A DNA stretch of 32,000 nt from Escherichia coli. Lineage in GTDB: Bacteria > Pseudomonadota > Gammaproteobacteria > Enterobacterales > Enterobacteriaceae. The notes below the pieces were generated by a model that worked only from the letters and a program-made list of their open reading frames with translations, had not been told where the DNA came from and searched no databases. A program made the translations under genes and the position numbers. The DNA lies in assembly GCF_024917715.1 (NCBI RefSeq), contig NZ_CP103479.1, one strand, 5' to 3'. Of the stretch, positions 21,956 through 32,000 are shown one piece after another (positions within the stretch are counted from its first letter, which is position 1; the number at the start of each line of letters is the position of its first letter).

Positions 21956-23457
21956 TGAAGACGTTGTTCTCCCGCTTAATTACCGTTATTGCCTGCTTTT
22001 TTATCTTCTCTGCCGCATGGTTTTGCCTGTGGAGCATCAGCCTGCACCTGGTTGAGCGCCCTGATATGGCGGTGCTGTTATTTCCGTTTGGCCTGCGTCT
22101 GGGGCTAATGCTGCAATGCCCGCGCGGATACTGGCCGGTGCTGCTGGGCGCGGAGTGGCTGCTGATTTACTGGCTAACGCAGGCGGTCGGGTTAACCCAT
22201 TTTTCCATATTGATGATCGGTAGTTTACTGACGTTACTGCCCGTGGCGCTGATCTCGCGCTATCGCCATCAACGTGACTGGCGCACCCTGCTGTTACAGG
22301 GTGCGGCGTTAACGGCGGCGGCGTTGTTGCAGTCGCTGCCCTGGCTTTGGCACGGCAAAGAGTCGTGGAATGCGCTGTTGCTGACTTTAACTGGCGGCCT
22401 GACGCTGGCCCCGATATGTCTGGTGTTCTGGCACTATCTCGCCAATAACATCTGGCTGCCGCTCGGGCCGTCGTTAGTTTCTCAACCGATCAACTGGCGC
22501 GGGCGGCATCTGGTCTGGTACTTGCTGCTGTTTGTTATTAGTCTCTGGCTCCAGTTGGGATTGCCGGACGAACTGTCGCGCTTTACGCCATTCTGCCTGG
22601 CGCTGCCGATTATCGCGCTGGCCTGGCACTATGGCTGGCAAGGGGCGCTGATTGCGACGTTGATGAACGCCATCGCGCTGATCGCCAGTCAAACCTGGCG
22701 CGATCATCCGGTGGATTTATTGCTCTCACTGCTGGTGCAAAGTCTGACAGGGTTGTTACTGGGCGCAGGTATCCAGCGGTTGCGTGAACTTAACCAGTCG
22801 CTGCAAAAAGAACTGGCGCGCAATCAGCATCTCGCTGAACGTTTGTTAGAAACTGAAGAGAGCGTGCGCCGCGACGTGGCGCGTGAGCTGCACGATGATA
22901 TCGGTCAGACCATCACTGCTATTCGTACTCAAGCGGGCATTGTCCAGCGACTTGCGGCAGATAACGCCAGTGTGAAGCAGAGCGGGCAGCTCATCGAACA
23001 ACTGTCGCTGGGCGTTTACGACGCGGTGCGCCGTTTGTTAGGTCGGTTACGTCCGCGCCAGTTGGATGATCTCACCCTGGAGCAGGCCATCCGCTCACTG
23101 ATGCGGGAAATGGAGCTGGAAGGGCGCGGCATTGTCAGCCATCTCGAATGGCGAATCGATGAGTCAGCGTTAAGCGAAAACCAGCGCGTGACGCTGTTTC
23201 GTGTCTGCCAGGAAGGGCTGAACAACATTGTGAAACATGCCGATGCCAGCGCGGTCACCCTGCAAGGCTGGCAGCAGGATGAACGGTTGATGCTGGTGAT
23301 TGAAGACGATGGCAGCGGTTTACCGCCGGGTTCCGGGCAACAAGGTTTTGGCCTCACCGGAATGCGCGAGCGCGTAACGGCGCTGGGCGGCACCTTGACC
23401 ATTTCCTGTCTGCACGGCACGCGTGTCAGCGTTTCTCTACCTCAACGCTATGTCTAA
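21955..23457 (+). CDS. uhpB: UhpB sensor histidine kinase
   Basis: 500 aa [18 protein letters not shown]...; N-terminal membrane domain; [23 protein letters not shown]-box; [11 protein letters not shown]. Confidence 0.97.
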   Translation: MKTLFSRLITVIACFFIFSAAWFCLWSISLHLVERPDMAVLLFPFGLRLGLMLQCPRGYWPVLLGAEWLLIYWLTQAVGLTHFSILMIGSLLTLLPVALISRYRHQRDWRTLLLQGAALTAAALLQSLPWLWHGKESWNALLLTLTGGLTLAPICLVFWHYLANNIWLPLGPSLVSQPINWRGRHLVWYLLLFVISLWLQLGLPDELSRFTPFCLALPIIALAWHYGWQGALIATLMNAIALIASQTWRDHPVDLLLSLLVQSLTGLLLGAGIQRLRELNQSLQKELARNQHLAERLLETEESVRRDVARELHDDIGQTITAIRTQAGIVQRLAADNASVKQSGQLIEQLSLGVYDAVRRLLGRLRPRQLDDLTLEQAIRSLMREMELEGRGIVSHLEWRIDESALSENQRVTLFRVCQEGLNNIVKHADASAVTLQGWQQDERLMLVIEDDGSGLPPGSGQQGFGLTGMRERVTALGGTLTISCLHGTRVSVSLPQRYV

Positions 23458-23466
23458 GGTTTGATG

Positions 23467-24786
23467 ATGTTGCCGTTTCTGAAAGCGCCTGCCGATGCGC
23501 CATTAATGACTGATAAACATGAAATTGATGCCCGCTATCGTTACTGGCGTCGGCATATTCTGCTGACCATCTGGCTGGGTTACGCGCTGTTTTACTTCAC
23601 GCGGAAAAGTTTTAACGCCGCCGTACCAGAAATCCTTGCTAATGGCGTGCTCAGCCGTAGCGATATCGGCCTGTTAGCGACCCTGTTTTACATTACCTAC
23701 GGCGTGTCGAAGTTTGTCTCCGGCATTGTCAGCGATCGCTCAAATGCCCGTTATTTTATGGGGATAGGGCTTATCGCCACAGGCATCATCAACATTCTGT
23801 TTGGCTTCTCGACGTCGCTATGGGCGTTTGCCGTACTCTGGGTGCTGAACGCCTTTTTCCAGGGCTGGGGTTCACCGGTGTGTGCACGTCTGTTAACGGC
23901 CTGGTATTCTCGTACCGAGCGCGGTGGTTGGTGGGCATTATGGAACACGGCGCATAACGTTGGTGGTGCGCTCATTCCCATTGTGATGGCAGCAGCTGCG
24001 CTGCATTACGGCTGGCGTGCCGGGATGATGATTGCGGGTTGTATGGCGATCGTCGTGGGGATTTTTCTCTGCTGGCGGCTGCGCGATCGCCCGCAGGCGT
24101 TAGGTTTACCTGCGGTTGGTGAATGGCGGCACGATGCGCTGGAGATTGCTCAACAACAAGAAGGGGCAGGGCTGACGCGTAAAGAGATCCTCACCAAGTA
24201 TGTGTTGCTGAATCCGTATATCTGGCTGCTTTCGTTTTGCTATGTGCTGGTCTATGTGGTCCGGGCGGCAATCAACGACTGGGGCAATTTGTATATGTCC
24301 GAGACGCTGGGCGTCGATCTGGTCACGGCGAATACGGCAGTGACAATGTTTGAACTGGGCGGATTTATCGGTGCGCTGGTAGCGGGTTGGGGCTCGGACA
24401 AATTGTTTAACGGCAACCGCGGGCCGATGAATTTGATTTTCGCTGCCGGAATTTTGCTTTCAGTCGGCTCGCTGTGGCTGATGCCATTTGCCAGCTACGT
24501 GATGCAGGCAACCTGCTTCTTCACCATTGGTTTTTTTGTCTTTGGCCCGCAGATGTTAATCGGCATGGCGGCGGCAGAGTGTTCCCACAAAGAGGCGGCA
24601 GGGGCGGCGACGGGATTTGTCGGCTTGTTTGCTTATCTGGGGGCGTCGCTTGCTGGTTGGCCGCTGGCGAAAGTACTCGATACCTGGCACTGGAGCGGAT
24701 TTTTTGTGGTTATCTCTATCGCCGCCGGGATTTCCGCACTGCTGTTACTGCCCTTTTTGAACGCCCAGACACCGCGCGAAGCGTGA
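23467..24786 (+). CDS. uhpC: UhpC membrane sensor/MFS family
   Basis: 439 aa MLPFLKAPADAPLMTDKHEIDARYRYWRRHILLTIWLGYALFYFTRKSFNAAVPEIL... Confidence 0.97.
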   Translation: MLPFLKAPADAPLMTDKHEIDARYRYWRRHILLTIWLGYALFYFTRKSFNAAVPEILANGVLSRSDIGLLATLFYITYGVSKFVSGIVSDRSNARYFMGIGLIATGIINILFGFSTSLWAFAVLWVLNAFFQGWGSPVCARLLTAWYSRTERGGWWALWNTAHNVGGALIPIVMAAAALHYGWRAGMMIAGCMAIVVGIFLCWRLRDRPQALGLPAVGEWRHDALEIAQQQEGAGLTRKEILTKYVLLNPYIWLLSFCYVLVYVVRAAINDWGNLYMSETLGVDLVTANTAVTMFELGGFIGALVAGWGSDKLFNGNRGPMNLIFAAGILLSVGSLWLMPFASYVMQATCFFTIGFFVFGPQMLIGMAAAECSHKEAAGAATGFVGLFAYLGASLAGWPLAKVLDTWHWSGFFVVISIAAGISALLLLPFLNAQTPREA

Positions 24787-24915
24787 TGCATCTCACCTTT
24801 TCACTTCATATCCGGCAAAACTAAGAAATTTTCCAGGTTTTGCCTGGACGCTATCTCAGGCCTGATTTGCTGCTGATTTTTACAATGCCATCATTCATTA
24901 ATTCTTTCCCAAAAT

Positions 24916-25021
24916 AATTCAAGTTGCAGGAACGCAGCAAACGCGTGAGTCCCGGGAGCATAGTGAACTATGTGACCGGGAGGAATGCGTGCAGCTAAGG
25001 CACCTGCGGCTTGAAGTATGA
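24916..25021. repeat. ERIC/IRU-like imperfect palindrome in the uhpC-uhpT intergenic region
   Basis: AATTCAAGTTGCAGG ... GTGAGTCCCGGGAGCATAGTGAACTATGTGACCGGGAGG ... CACCTGCGGCTTGAAGTATG: terminal inverted repeats and a central palindrome resembling ERIC. Confidence 0.55.
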
Positions 25022-25041
25022 AGGGAAATCAGGAGTAACCC

Positions 25042-26433
25042 ATGCTGGCTTTCTTAAACCAGGTTCGCAAGCCGACCCTGGACCTTCCGCTCGAAGTGCG
25101 GCGCAAAATGTGGTTCAAACCGTTCATGCAATCCTACCTGGTGGTCTTTATCGGCTACCTGACGATGTACCTGATTCGCAAGAACTTTAACATCGCGCAG
25201 AACGATATGATTTCGACCTACGGGTTGAGCATGACGCAGCTGGGGATGATCGGCCTGGGGTTCTCCATCACTTATGGCGTGGGTAAAACGCTGGTTTCCT
25301 ACTACGCCGACGGCAAAAACACCAAACAATTCCTGCCGTTCATGCTGATCCTGTCTGCCATTTGTATGCTGGGCTTCAGCGCCAGTATGGGCAGCGGCTC
25401 GGTTAGCCTGTTCCTGATGATTGCCTTCTACGCCTTAAGCGGCTTTTTCCAGAGTACCGGCGGTTCGTGCAGTTACTCCACCATCACCAAATGGACGCCG
25501 CGTCGTAAACGCGGGACATTCCTCGGTTTCTGGAACATTTCTCACAACCTTGGTGGCGCGGGCGCGGCGGGTGTGGCGCTGTTCGGCGCAAATTACCTGT
25601 TCGATGGTCATGTTATCGGCATGTTTATCTTCCCGTCGATTATCGCGTTGATTGTTGGTTTTATCGGCCTGCGTTACGGCAGCGACTCCCCGGAATCTTA
25701 TGGCCTCGGCAAAGCTGAAGAGCTGTTTGGCGAGGAGATCAGTGAAGAGGATAAAGAGACAGAATCTACCGATATGACCAAGTGGCAGATCTTTGTTGAG
25801 TATGTGCTGAAAAACAAAGTGATCTGGCTGCTGTGCTTCGCCAACATTTTCCTCTATGTGGTGCGTATTGGTATCGACCAGTGGTCAACCGTGTATGCGT
25901 TCCAGGAACTGAAACTCTCTAAAGCGGTGGCGATTCAGGGCTTTACGCTGTTTGAAGCTGGTGCGCTGGTCGGTACGCTGCTGTGGGGCTGGCTCTCTGA
26001 CCTGGCGAACGGTCGCCGTGGCCTGGTGGCCTGCATCGCGCTGGCGCTGATTATCGCCACGCTCGGTGTGTATCAACACGCCAGCAATCAATATATCTAT
26101 CTGACTTCTCTCTTTGCGTTGGGTTTCCTGGTCTTTGGCCCGCAATTGTTGATTGGTGTGGCTGCTGTTGGCTTTGTACCTAAAAAAGCGATTGGCGCTG
26201 CCGATGGTATTAAAGGCACCTTCGCTTACCTGATTGGTGACAGCTTTGCCAAGTTAGGGCTGGGGATGATTGCCGATGGGACGCCTGTATTCGGCCTTAC
26301 CGGCTGGGCAGGCACCTTCGCTGCGCTGGATATCGCCGCGATTGGTTGTATCTGCCTGATGGCGATAGTGGCGGTGATGGAAGAACGCAAAATCCGCCGC
26401 GAGAAAAAAATTCAGCAGTTGACAGTGGCATAA
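25042..26433 (+). CDS. uhpT: UhpT hexose-6-phosphate:phosphate antiporter
   Basis: 463 aa [61 protein letters not shown]... Confidence 0.98.
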   Translation: MLAFLNQVRKPTLDLPLEVRRKMWFKPFMQSYLVVFIGYLTMYLIRKNFNIAQNDMISTYGLSMTQLGMIGLGFSITYGVGKTLVSYYADGKNTKQFLPFMLILSAICMLGFSASMGSGSVSLFLMIAFYALSGFFQSTGGSCSYSTITKWTPRRKRGTFLGFWNISHNLGGAGAAGVALFGANYLFDGHVIGMFIFPSIIALIVGFIGLRYGSDSPESYGLGKAEELFGEEISEEDKETESTDMTKWQIFVEYVLKNKVIWLLCFANIFLYVVRIGIDQWSTVYAFQELKLSKAVAIQGFTLFEAGALVGTLLWGWLSDLANGRRGLVACIALALIIATLGVYQHASNQYIYLTSLFALGFLVFGPQLLIGVAAVGFVPKKAIGAADGIKGTFAYLIGDSFAKLGLGMIADGTPVFGLTGWAGTFAALDIAAIGCICLMAIVAVMEERKIRREKKIQQLTVA

Positions 26434-26451
26434 ACGTAACTGGTGACTTTT

Positions 26452-26479
26452 GCCCGGCATGACGCCGGGCTTTTTTTTA
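26452..26479. terminator. Intrinsic terminator between convergent uhpT and adeD
   Basis: GCCCGGCATGACGCCGGGC followed by T9. Confidence 0.9.
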
Positions 26480-28246
26480 TTATTCCGTGACTTCCAGCGT
26501 GGTGAAGGCAAACTTCTCGCCATCAAACAGCCCCTGGCTGGTCAGTTTCAGCGCGGGGATCACTGGCAGGGAAAGAAACGCCATCTGAATAAACGGCTCA
26601 TCGGGTAACGGACCGCATTCACGGGCGGCGGCTTTCAAGGCGTCAATTTGCTCCGCCAGCGACTGCGCCGTGTCGGTGCTCATCAGCCCGGCAATGGGTA
26701 ACGGCAGATGACTTTGTACCTGGCCGTTACGTACCACGCACAGCCCGCCTCCATCCTGAATCACCTGATTGACCGCCAGCGCCATCTCTTCGGCACTGCG
26801 ACCGATCACCACAATATTATGGCTGTCATGGCTGACCGTCGCAGCCAGCGCACCTTCATTCAGGCCAAAGCCGCCGAGCAAACCACAAGCCGGAGCCAGA
26901 CGTTGCCCGTAACGCTCAAGTACGGCAATAAAGCACACATCATCGCGATCAAAACCATTTTCGCTGTAGACGCTGAAGTGGGAGTGCGTGATCAGTTCGT
27001 TATGGATGACATCAATGACGCGATAGCGTTTTCCGGGGGTAAATTGCAGGGCAAAGTCGCTGGCGGAAACAGGCTGGCGGGCAATGGTATTGCCATACGG
27101 CGGAGCGGATTGTACCAGTCTCGCCGACTCTTCCGCCTGTAAGGTTTGCGCATCAATCGGCTCGCCTTTCACCAGTACCTGCTGTACCGTGACCTTACGC
27201 GCATCGCTCAACAGGACGATATCGGCCTGCTTGCCGGGTGCCAGTAAGCCCAGGTGATTCAGACCAAAGTGGCGCGCCGTCGACCAGCTGGCGACGCGAT
27301 ATGCCACATGCAGCGGCACATTGTGTTGTTCGATCAGGCGGCGAATTAAGGCATCGATATGCCCTTCATGGGCGATTTCCCACGGGTTACGGTCATCGGT
27401 ACAGAGCATGCATTGCGGGCTGTTAAATTCGTTGATCAACGGTGCCAGCGCGTTGAGATTGCGGGCAGCGGACCCTTCGCGGATCATCAACGACATGCCG
27501 AGTTGTAATTTCCGGCGTCCTTCTTCCAGCTGATAACTTTCGTGGCAGTTTTCAATACCCGCAGCAATATAGGCGTTAAGTTCTTTACCACCCAAACCCG
27601 GGCAGTGACCGTCCAGCGTCAGGTGGCGAAATGCATCCAGTTTATCGAGCAGCGCATTCTGCCCGCTAATTACGCCAGGGTAGTCCATCATTTCTGCAAG
27701 GCCGGTAACCTGCGGATGGTCCCGCCAGGCGAGCATCTGTTCAAGGGTAAAACTGGCACCGTTAACATCGCAGCCTTCCAGGGCGGGTACGCAAGAGCTG
27801 ACCTGTAAGTACTGGTTTTGCCTTGCCTGTTCGGCACAGCGGGCAAACCAGGCGAATCCGGCTTCGCCCATCACGTTGACGATTTCATGAGGGTCGCAAA
27901 TAACAGTTGTCAGGCCGCGCGGCAGGGTAGCGGTTTCAAAGGTGACCGGCGTCATCATGCTGGATTCAATATGCAGGTGAGCATCAATAAACCCTGGCAC
28001 CGCCGTTGCGCCGCGGGCATCAATCCGCTGCAAAGCCGGAGCATCAGTGTATTCTGCGCCAACACCAGCAATGTAACGTCCTTTAATCACAATTGGGCCG
28101 GAAATTTCTCCGCCATTGATCAGGTCGAGAATAGAGACATTATCAATAATATAATCGGCAACAGCGTCGCCACGGGAAACGGCTAACAATTCCTGGTATT
28201 CCGCCCGGCTAATGTGATGAAATTTATGGTTAATAGAATTATTCAT
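26480..28246 (-). CDS. adeD: Adenine deaminase
   Basis: 588 aa [63 protein letters not shown]...[16 protein letters not shown]... Confidence 0.96.
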   Translation of the reverse strand: MNNSINHKFHHISRAEYQELLAVSRGDAVADYIIDNVSILDLINGGEISGPIVIKGRYIAGVGAEYTDAPALQRIDARGATAVPGFIDAHLHIESSMMTPVTFETATLPRGLTTVICDPHEIVNVMGEAGFAWFARCAEQARQNQYLQVSSCVPALEGCDVNGASFTLEQMLAWRDHPQVTGLAEMMDYPGVISGQNALLDKLDAFRHLTLDGHCPGLGGKELNAYIAAGIENCHESYQLEEGRRKLQLGMSLMIREGSAARNLNALAPLINEFNSPQCMLCTDDRNPWEIAHEGHIDALIRRLIEQHNVPLHVAYRVASWSTARHFGLNHLGLLAPGKQADIVLLSDARKVTVQQVLVKGEPIDAQTLQAEESARLVQSAPPYGNTIARQPVSASDFALQFTPGKRYRVIDVIHNELITHSHFSVYSENGFDRDDVCFIAVLERYGQRLAPACGLLGGFGLNEGALAATVSHDSHNIVVIGRSAEEMALAVNQVIQDGGGLCVVRNGQVQSHLPLPIAGLMSTDTAQSLAEQIDALKAAARECGPLPDEPFIQMAFLSLPVIPALKLTSQGLFDGEKFAFTTLEVTE

Positions 28247-28420
28247 ATTTTTCTCATTTTGATTTTATCAATTTGATTATTATTTATCATAAAGAAACGT
28301 CGCGAGATTATTAAAGAATATCCATTAATGTGCAATTGAAATGTGATAATTATCACTGAACCGTTGTTGTCATTTGTTTTACAAAAGCAAGGGATTAAAT
28401 CTCCTCCAATGGACAAAAAA

Positions 28421-29755
28421 ATGAATAATGACAATACCGATTACTTGAGTAATGAATCAGGGACGCTTTCGCGATTATTTAAACTACCTCAGCATGGGAC
28501 CACCGTCCGCACAGAATTGATTGCGGGGATGACCACTTTTTTAACCATGGTGTACATCGTTTTTGTGAACCCGCAAATCCTCGGCGCGGCACAAATGGAC
28601 CCGAAAGTGGTGTTTGTTACCACCTGTTTGATTGCCGGTATCGGCAGTATTGCGATGGGGATATTTGCTAACTTACCCGTGGCGCTGGCTCCGGCAATGG
28701 GGCTGAACGCCTTCTTTGCGTTCGTGGTCGTGGGGGCGATGGGTATCTCCTGGCAGACCGGGATGGGCGCGATATTCTGGGGCGCAATTGGGCTATTTTT
28801 GCTCACGCTATTTCGTATCCGTTACTGGATGATCTCCAACATTCCATTAAGTTTACGTATTGGTATCACCAGCGGAATCGGATTATTTATCGCCTTAATG
28901 GGATTAAAAAATACTGGCGTTATTGTCGCCAATAAAGACACCCTGGTGATGATTGGCGATTTAAGTTCTCACGGCGTGTTGTTAGGTATTTTAGGGTTTT
29001 TTATTATAACCGTGTTGTCATCACGTCATTTTCATGCCGCGGTGCTTGTTTCTATTGTGGTGACGTCTTGCTGTGGATTATTTTTCGGTGATGTTCATTT
29101 TAGCGGCATCTATTCCATTCCGCCTGATATTAGCGGCGTCATTGGTGAAGTAGATTTGAGCGGCGCGTTAACACTTGAACTCGCCGGTATCATTTTCTCC
29201 TTTATGCTGATCAACCTATTTGATTCATCAGGAACATTAATTGGTGTAACTGATAAAGCTGGCTTAATAGATAGTAACGGTCAATTCCCCAATATGAATA
29301 AGGCGCTGTATGTTGATAGCGTCAGTTCGGTGGCAGGCGCATTTATTGGTACCTCATCTGTTACTGCCTATATTGAAAGTACTTCTGGTGTGGCGGTCGG
29401 TGGTCGCACGGGGCTGACTGCGGTTGTGGTCGGCGTTATGTTCCTGTTGGTTATGTTCTTCTCACCGCTGGTGGCGATGGTTCCTCCTTACGCAACCGCC
29501 GGAGCGTTAATCTTTGTTGGCGTGCTGATGACCTCAAGTCTGGCGCGCGTTAACTGGGATGATTTTACCGAATCGGTGCCTGCGTTTATTACCACGGTGA
29601 TGATGCCCTTTACTTTCTCGATCACCGAAGGGATTGCACTCGGCTTTATGTCGTACTGCATCATGAAAGTGTGCACCGGGCGCTGGCGCGATCTGAACCT
29701 GTGTGTGGTGGTGGTCGCAGCTCTGTTTGCACTGAAGATTATTCTGGTGGATTAG
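28421..29755 (+). CDS. adeQ: AdeQ/YicO, NCS2/AzgA-type adenine permease
   Basis: 444 aa from MNNDNTDYLSNESGTLSRLFKLPQHGTTVRTELIAGMTTFLTMVYIVFVNPQILG...; divergent from adeD. An upstream in-frame ATG at 28409 is an alternative start. Confidence 0.93.
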   Translation: MNNDNTDYLSNESGTLSRLFKLPQHGTTVRTELIAGMTTFLTMVYIVFVNPQILGAAQMDPKVVFVTTCLIAGIGSIAMGIFANLPVALAPAMGLNAFFAFVVVGAMGISWQTGMGAIFWGAIGLFLLTLFRIRYWMISNIPLSLRIGITSGIGLFIALMGLKNTGVIVANKDTLVMIGDLSSHGVLLGILGFFIITVLSSRHFHAAVLVSIVVTSCCGLFFGDVHFSGIYSIPPDISGVIGEVDLSGALTLELAGIIFSFMLINLFDSSGTLIGVTDKAGLIDSNGQFPNMNKALYVDSVSSVAGAFIGTSSVTAYIESTSGVAVGGRTGLTAVVVGVMFLLVMFFSPLVAMVPPYATAGALIFVGVLMTSSLARVNWDDFTESVPAFITTVMMPFTFSITEGIALGFMSYCIMKVCTGRWRDLNLCVVVVAALFALKIILVD

Positions 29756-29807
29756 TAACTGGCGAGGGTTTCCAGATATCATGAGTTCTGATTACGCAGG
29801 AGAACTC

Positions 29808-30260
29808 ATGATCTGGATAATGCTCGCCACGCTGGCGGTAGTGTTTGTGATTGGTTTTCGGGTGCTGACATCCGGGGCCAGAAAAGCGATTCGCCGTCTC
29901 AGCGATCGGCTGAATATCGATGTCGTACCCGTGGAGTCGATGGTCGATCAAATGGGAAAGTCAGCCGGTGACGAATTTTTACGTTATTTGCATCGTCCGG
30001 ATGAGTCGCACCTGCAAAACGCCGCGCAGGTGCTGCTCATCTGGCAAATTGTCATTGTCGATGGTAGCGAACAGAACCTGCTGCAATGGCATCGGATTTT
30101 ACAAAAAGCCCGCCTTGCCGCTCCCATTACCGATGCTCAGGTCAGGCTGGCGCTGGGTTTTCTGCGCGAAACCGAACCTGAAATGCAGGATATTAATGCT
30201 TTTCAGATGCGCTATAACGCGTTCTTTCAGCCTGCCGAGGGCGTTCACTGGCTGCATTAA
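29808..30260 (+). CDS. yicN: YicN, DUF1198 family protein
   Basis: 150 aa MIWIMLATLAVVFVIGFRVLTSGARKAIRRLSDRLNIDVVPVESMVDQMG... Confidence 0.9.
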   Translation: MIWIMLATLAVVFVIGFRVLTSGARKAIRRLSDRLNIDVVPVESMVDQMGKSAGDEFLRYLHRPDESHLQNAAQVLLIWQIVIVDGSEQNLLQWHRILQKARLAAPITDAQVRLALGFLRETEPEMQDINAFQMRYNAFFQPAEGVHWLH

Positions 30261-30300
30261 AACCGCTTCGTCTTATCAGCCTACAGACCGCGCCTGACCT

Positions 30301-30334
30301 GTAGGGTGGATAAGGCGTTCACGCCGCATCCGGT
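30301..30334. repeat. REP-type palindromic element
   Basis: GTAGGGTGGATAAGGCGTTCACGCCGCATCCGGT matches the REP consensus. Confidence 0.8.
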
Positions 30335-30375
30335 ATCGGAACTGACAGTAGGTGAACGCATTATCTACGTTCTAT

Positions 30376-30699
30376 TTACAGCAGCACCTCCAGCCCGTGT
30401 TTTTGCACAATGCTGAGCAGTTTTAATGAAATGCCATTGGGGCGTTTAGCGCCACTTTCCCATTTTTGTACAGTTGAAACGCTGGTATTGAGATAGTGAG
30501 CGAAGACGGGCTGACTCACTTTTAATTTTTCCCGCAGTGCTTTTATCTCAACAGGTTGTAAGTCTTGCACGCTGGTCAGGCAGGCTTTGTCAAAAGTACG
30601 CATCGTTTCAGCAGAAATCGCATCGACGCTGGACAATCCAGCCGCTGCGCTGTGAATAGCCTCAAATGCAGGACTTTTAAATTTAGTTTTTGCAGTCAT
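30376..30699 (-). CDS. HigA/XRE-family antitoxin-like protein
   Basis: 107 aa; C-terminal HTH EIKALREKLKVSQPVFAHYLNTSVSTVQKWESGAKRPNGISLKLLSIVQKHGLEVL. Confidence 0.85.
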   Translation of the reverse strand: MTAKTKFKSPAFEAIHSAAAGLSSVDAISAETMRTFDKACLTSVQDLQPVEIKALREKLKVSQPVFAHYLNTSVSTVQKWESGAKRPNGISLKLLSIVQKHGLEVLL

Positions 30700-31042
30700 A
30701 GCAGATCTCTGTCAGTTCTTTAGTGTTAATCATTGCTGTTAGTTGGGCTTTCGTCAGGAAGGCATAATGCTTTGCAAGTTCACGAAACCCAGCCAGTTCC
30801 TGACTATTGATGTTCGACATATCCTGTTTTGCATATAAAAACGTGTAAAACCAATTGCTTCCTCCTTTCGCCAGAATAATTGCACGCTCACGATTTTTGT
30901 GAAGGCGCTTTTTAAAAAAGCCACCACCAAGTACATCAGCTTTACCTTGTTCCGTTTCTAAAATGGCCCGGCACAACTCTTCATCTGTTATTGCATGAGA
31001 CCTGGCTTCCCTTGCAAACCATTTGGTTTTAAACACGCGCAT
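30683..31042 (-). CDS. RelE/HigB-like (type II TA) toxin
   Basis: 119 aa ...GGGFFKKRLHKNRERAIILAKGGSNWFYTFLYAKQDMSNINSQELAGFRELAKHYAFLTKAQL..., typical of the RelE-like DUF1044 family; overlaps the antitoxin ORF by 17 nt. Confidence 0.8.
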   Translation of the reverse strand: MRVFKTKWFAREARSHAITDEELCRAILETEQGKADVLGGGFFKKRLHKNRERAIILAKGGSNWFYTFLYAKQDMSNINSQELAGFRELAKHYAFLTKAQLTAMINTKELTEICYDCKN

Positions 31043-31061
31043 ATCGTTGAGATCCTGTTAT

Positions 31062-31090
31062 TAAAGTATATTACCAAGTGCAATACTTTA
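31062..31090. promoter_or_regulatory. Inverted repeat upstream of the TA pair, candidate autoregulatory operator
   Basis: TAAAGTAT (31062-31069) and ATACTTTA (31083-31090), 13-nt spacer, 20 nt upstream of the toxin start. Confidence 0.5.
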
Positions 31091-31269
31091 TCCCTTATTC
31101 CCAACACAATCGCGAAAATACATATCACCTTGCCCTATGATTTTTATTTCTTCGAGCAGCCTCGAACTTTTCCCACGACACCGTAAAAGTTGCAAAAACG
31201 TTAAATGCGTCACACATTTCAATGTTAAAGTGGTCGGCTTTTCCCCTGAAACATGCCACGGGTAACACC

Positions 31270-32000
31270 ATGAGTGAATTTATTGCCGAAAACCGCGGCG
31301 CGGATGCCATCACCCGACCGAACTGGTCAGCCGTTTTCTCGGTGGCGTTTTGTGTCGCCTGTCTGATTATCGTTGAGTTTTTGCCCGTCAGTTTGTTGAC
31401 GCCAATGGCCCAGGATTTAGGCATTTCGGAAGGGGTTGCCGGGCAATCGGTGACCGTGACCGCATTTGTGGCAATGTTTGCCAGTTTGTTTATTACCCAG
31501 ACAATTCAGGCCACTGACCGCCGCTACGTTGTTATTTTGTTTGCCGTTTTGCTGACGCTCTCCTGCTTGCTGGTTTCCTTTGCTAACTCATTCAGTTTGC
31601 TTTTAATCGGTCGTGCCTGTCTGGGGCTGGCGCTGGGCGGGTTCTGGGCGATGTCGGCGTCGCTGACCATGCGTCTGGTACCGCCGCGTACGGTGCCGAA
31701 GGCGCTGTCGGTGATCTTCGGCGCGGTTTCTATTGCGCTGGTGATTGCCGCACCGTTGGGCAGTTTTTTAGGCGAGCTTATCGGTTGGCGCAATGTCTTT
31801 AATGCGGCGGCGGTGATGGGCGTGCTGTGTATTTTCTGGATTATCAAATCATTGCCTTCGCTGCCAGGCGAACCCTCGCATCAGAAACAAAATACTTTCC
31901 GCTTATTACAACGTCCGGGTGTGATGGCAGGGATGATCGCCATCTTCATGTCTTTCGCCGGGCAGTTTGCTTTCTTCACGTATATTCGCCCGGTGTATAT
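31270..32000 (+). CDS. nepI: NepI (YicM) purine ribonucleoside efflux pump, partial at window edge
   Basis: [77 protein letters not shown]..., open at 32000. Confidence 0.93.
   Translation, partial: MSEFIAENRGADAITRPNWSAVFSVAFCVACLIIVEFLPVSLLTPMAQDLGISEGVAGQSVTVTAFVAMFASLFITQTIQATDRRYVVILFAVLLTLSCLLVSFANSFSLLLIGRACLGLALGGFWAMSASLTMRLVPPRTVPKALSVIFGAVSIALVIAAPLGSFLGELIGWRNVFNAAAVMGVLCIFWIIKSLPSLPGEPSHQKQNTFRLLQRPGVMAGMIAIFMSFAGQFAFFTYIRPVY

Noticed and set aside
23467-26433. uhpC and uhpT look like a tandem duplication
   Set aside because: Real ancient homology (same MFS OPA family), but it is the known uhp sensor/transporter arrangement, not a new duplication.
26708-28186. Several long + strand ORFs (144, 62, 70, 89, 122 aa) opposite adeD
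   Set aside because: Antisense shadow ORFs over a well-supported 588-aa adenine deaminase gene; low-complexity GC-driven open frames, no RBS or recognisable domains.

Overview
The window is E. coli/Shigella-type chromosomal backbone, recognised from protein sequences and gene order. In window orientation it runs: yidQ(-, partial), ibpA, ibpB, yidE, yidP(-), an unsplit glvC/glvB-type PTS EIICB gene, full-length glvG, yidL(-), yidK, yidJ, yidH, yidG, yidF, emrD(-), tisB(-)/istR-1, an IS200-type element, ivbL-ilvB-ilvN, two AT-rich ORFs, uhpA-uhpB-uhpC-uhpT, adeD(-), adeQ/yicO, yicN, a RelE/HigB-HigA-like toxin-antitoxin pair (-), and nepI (partial). Most of it is ordinary core genome. The accessory and most interesting parts are: (1) an approximately 3.3-kb AT-rich islet between ilvN and uhpA encoding two large, uncharacterised proteins that are divergent paralogues of each other (431 and 479 aa), with an exact 18-bp repeat upstream of each ORF; (2) an IS200 copy inserted immediately after the istR-1 terminator; (3) a type II TA pair between yicN and nepI; (4) an apparently uninterrupted glv operon; (5) RNA-level regulation (ROSE-type thermometers, the TisB/IstR-1 module, ivbL attenuation). 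All homology statements come from recognition of sequence and motifs; no database search was run.
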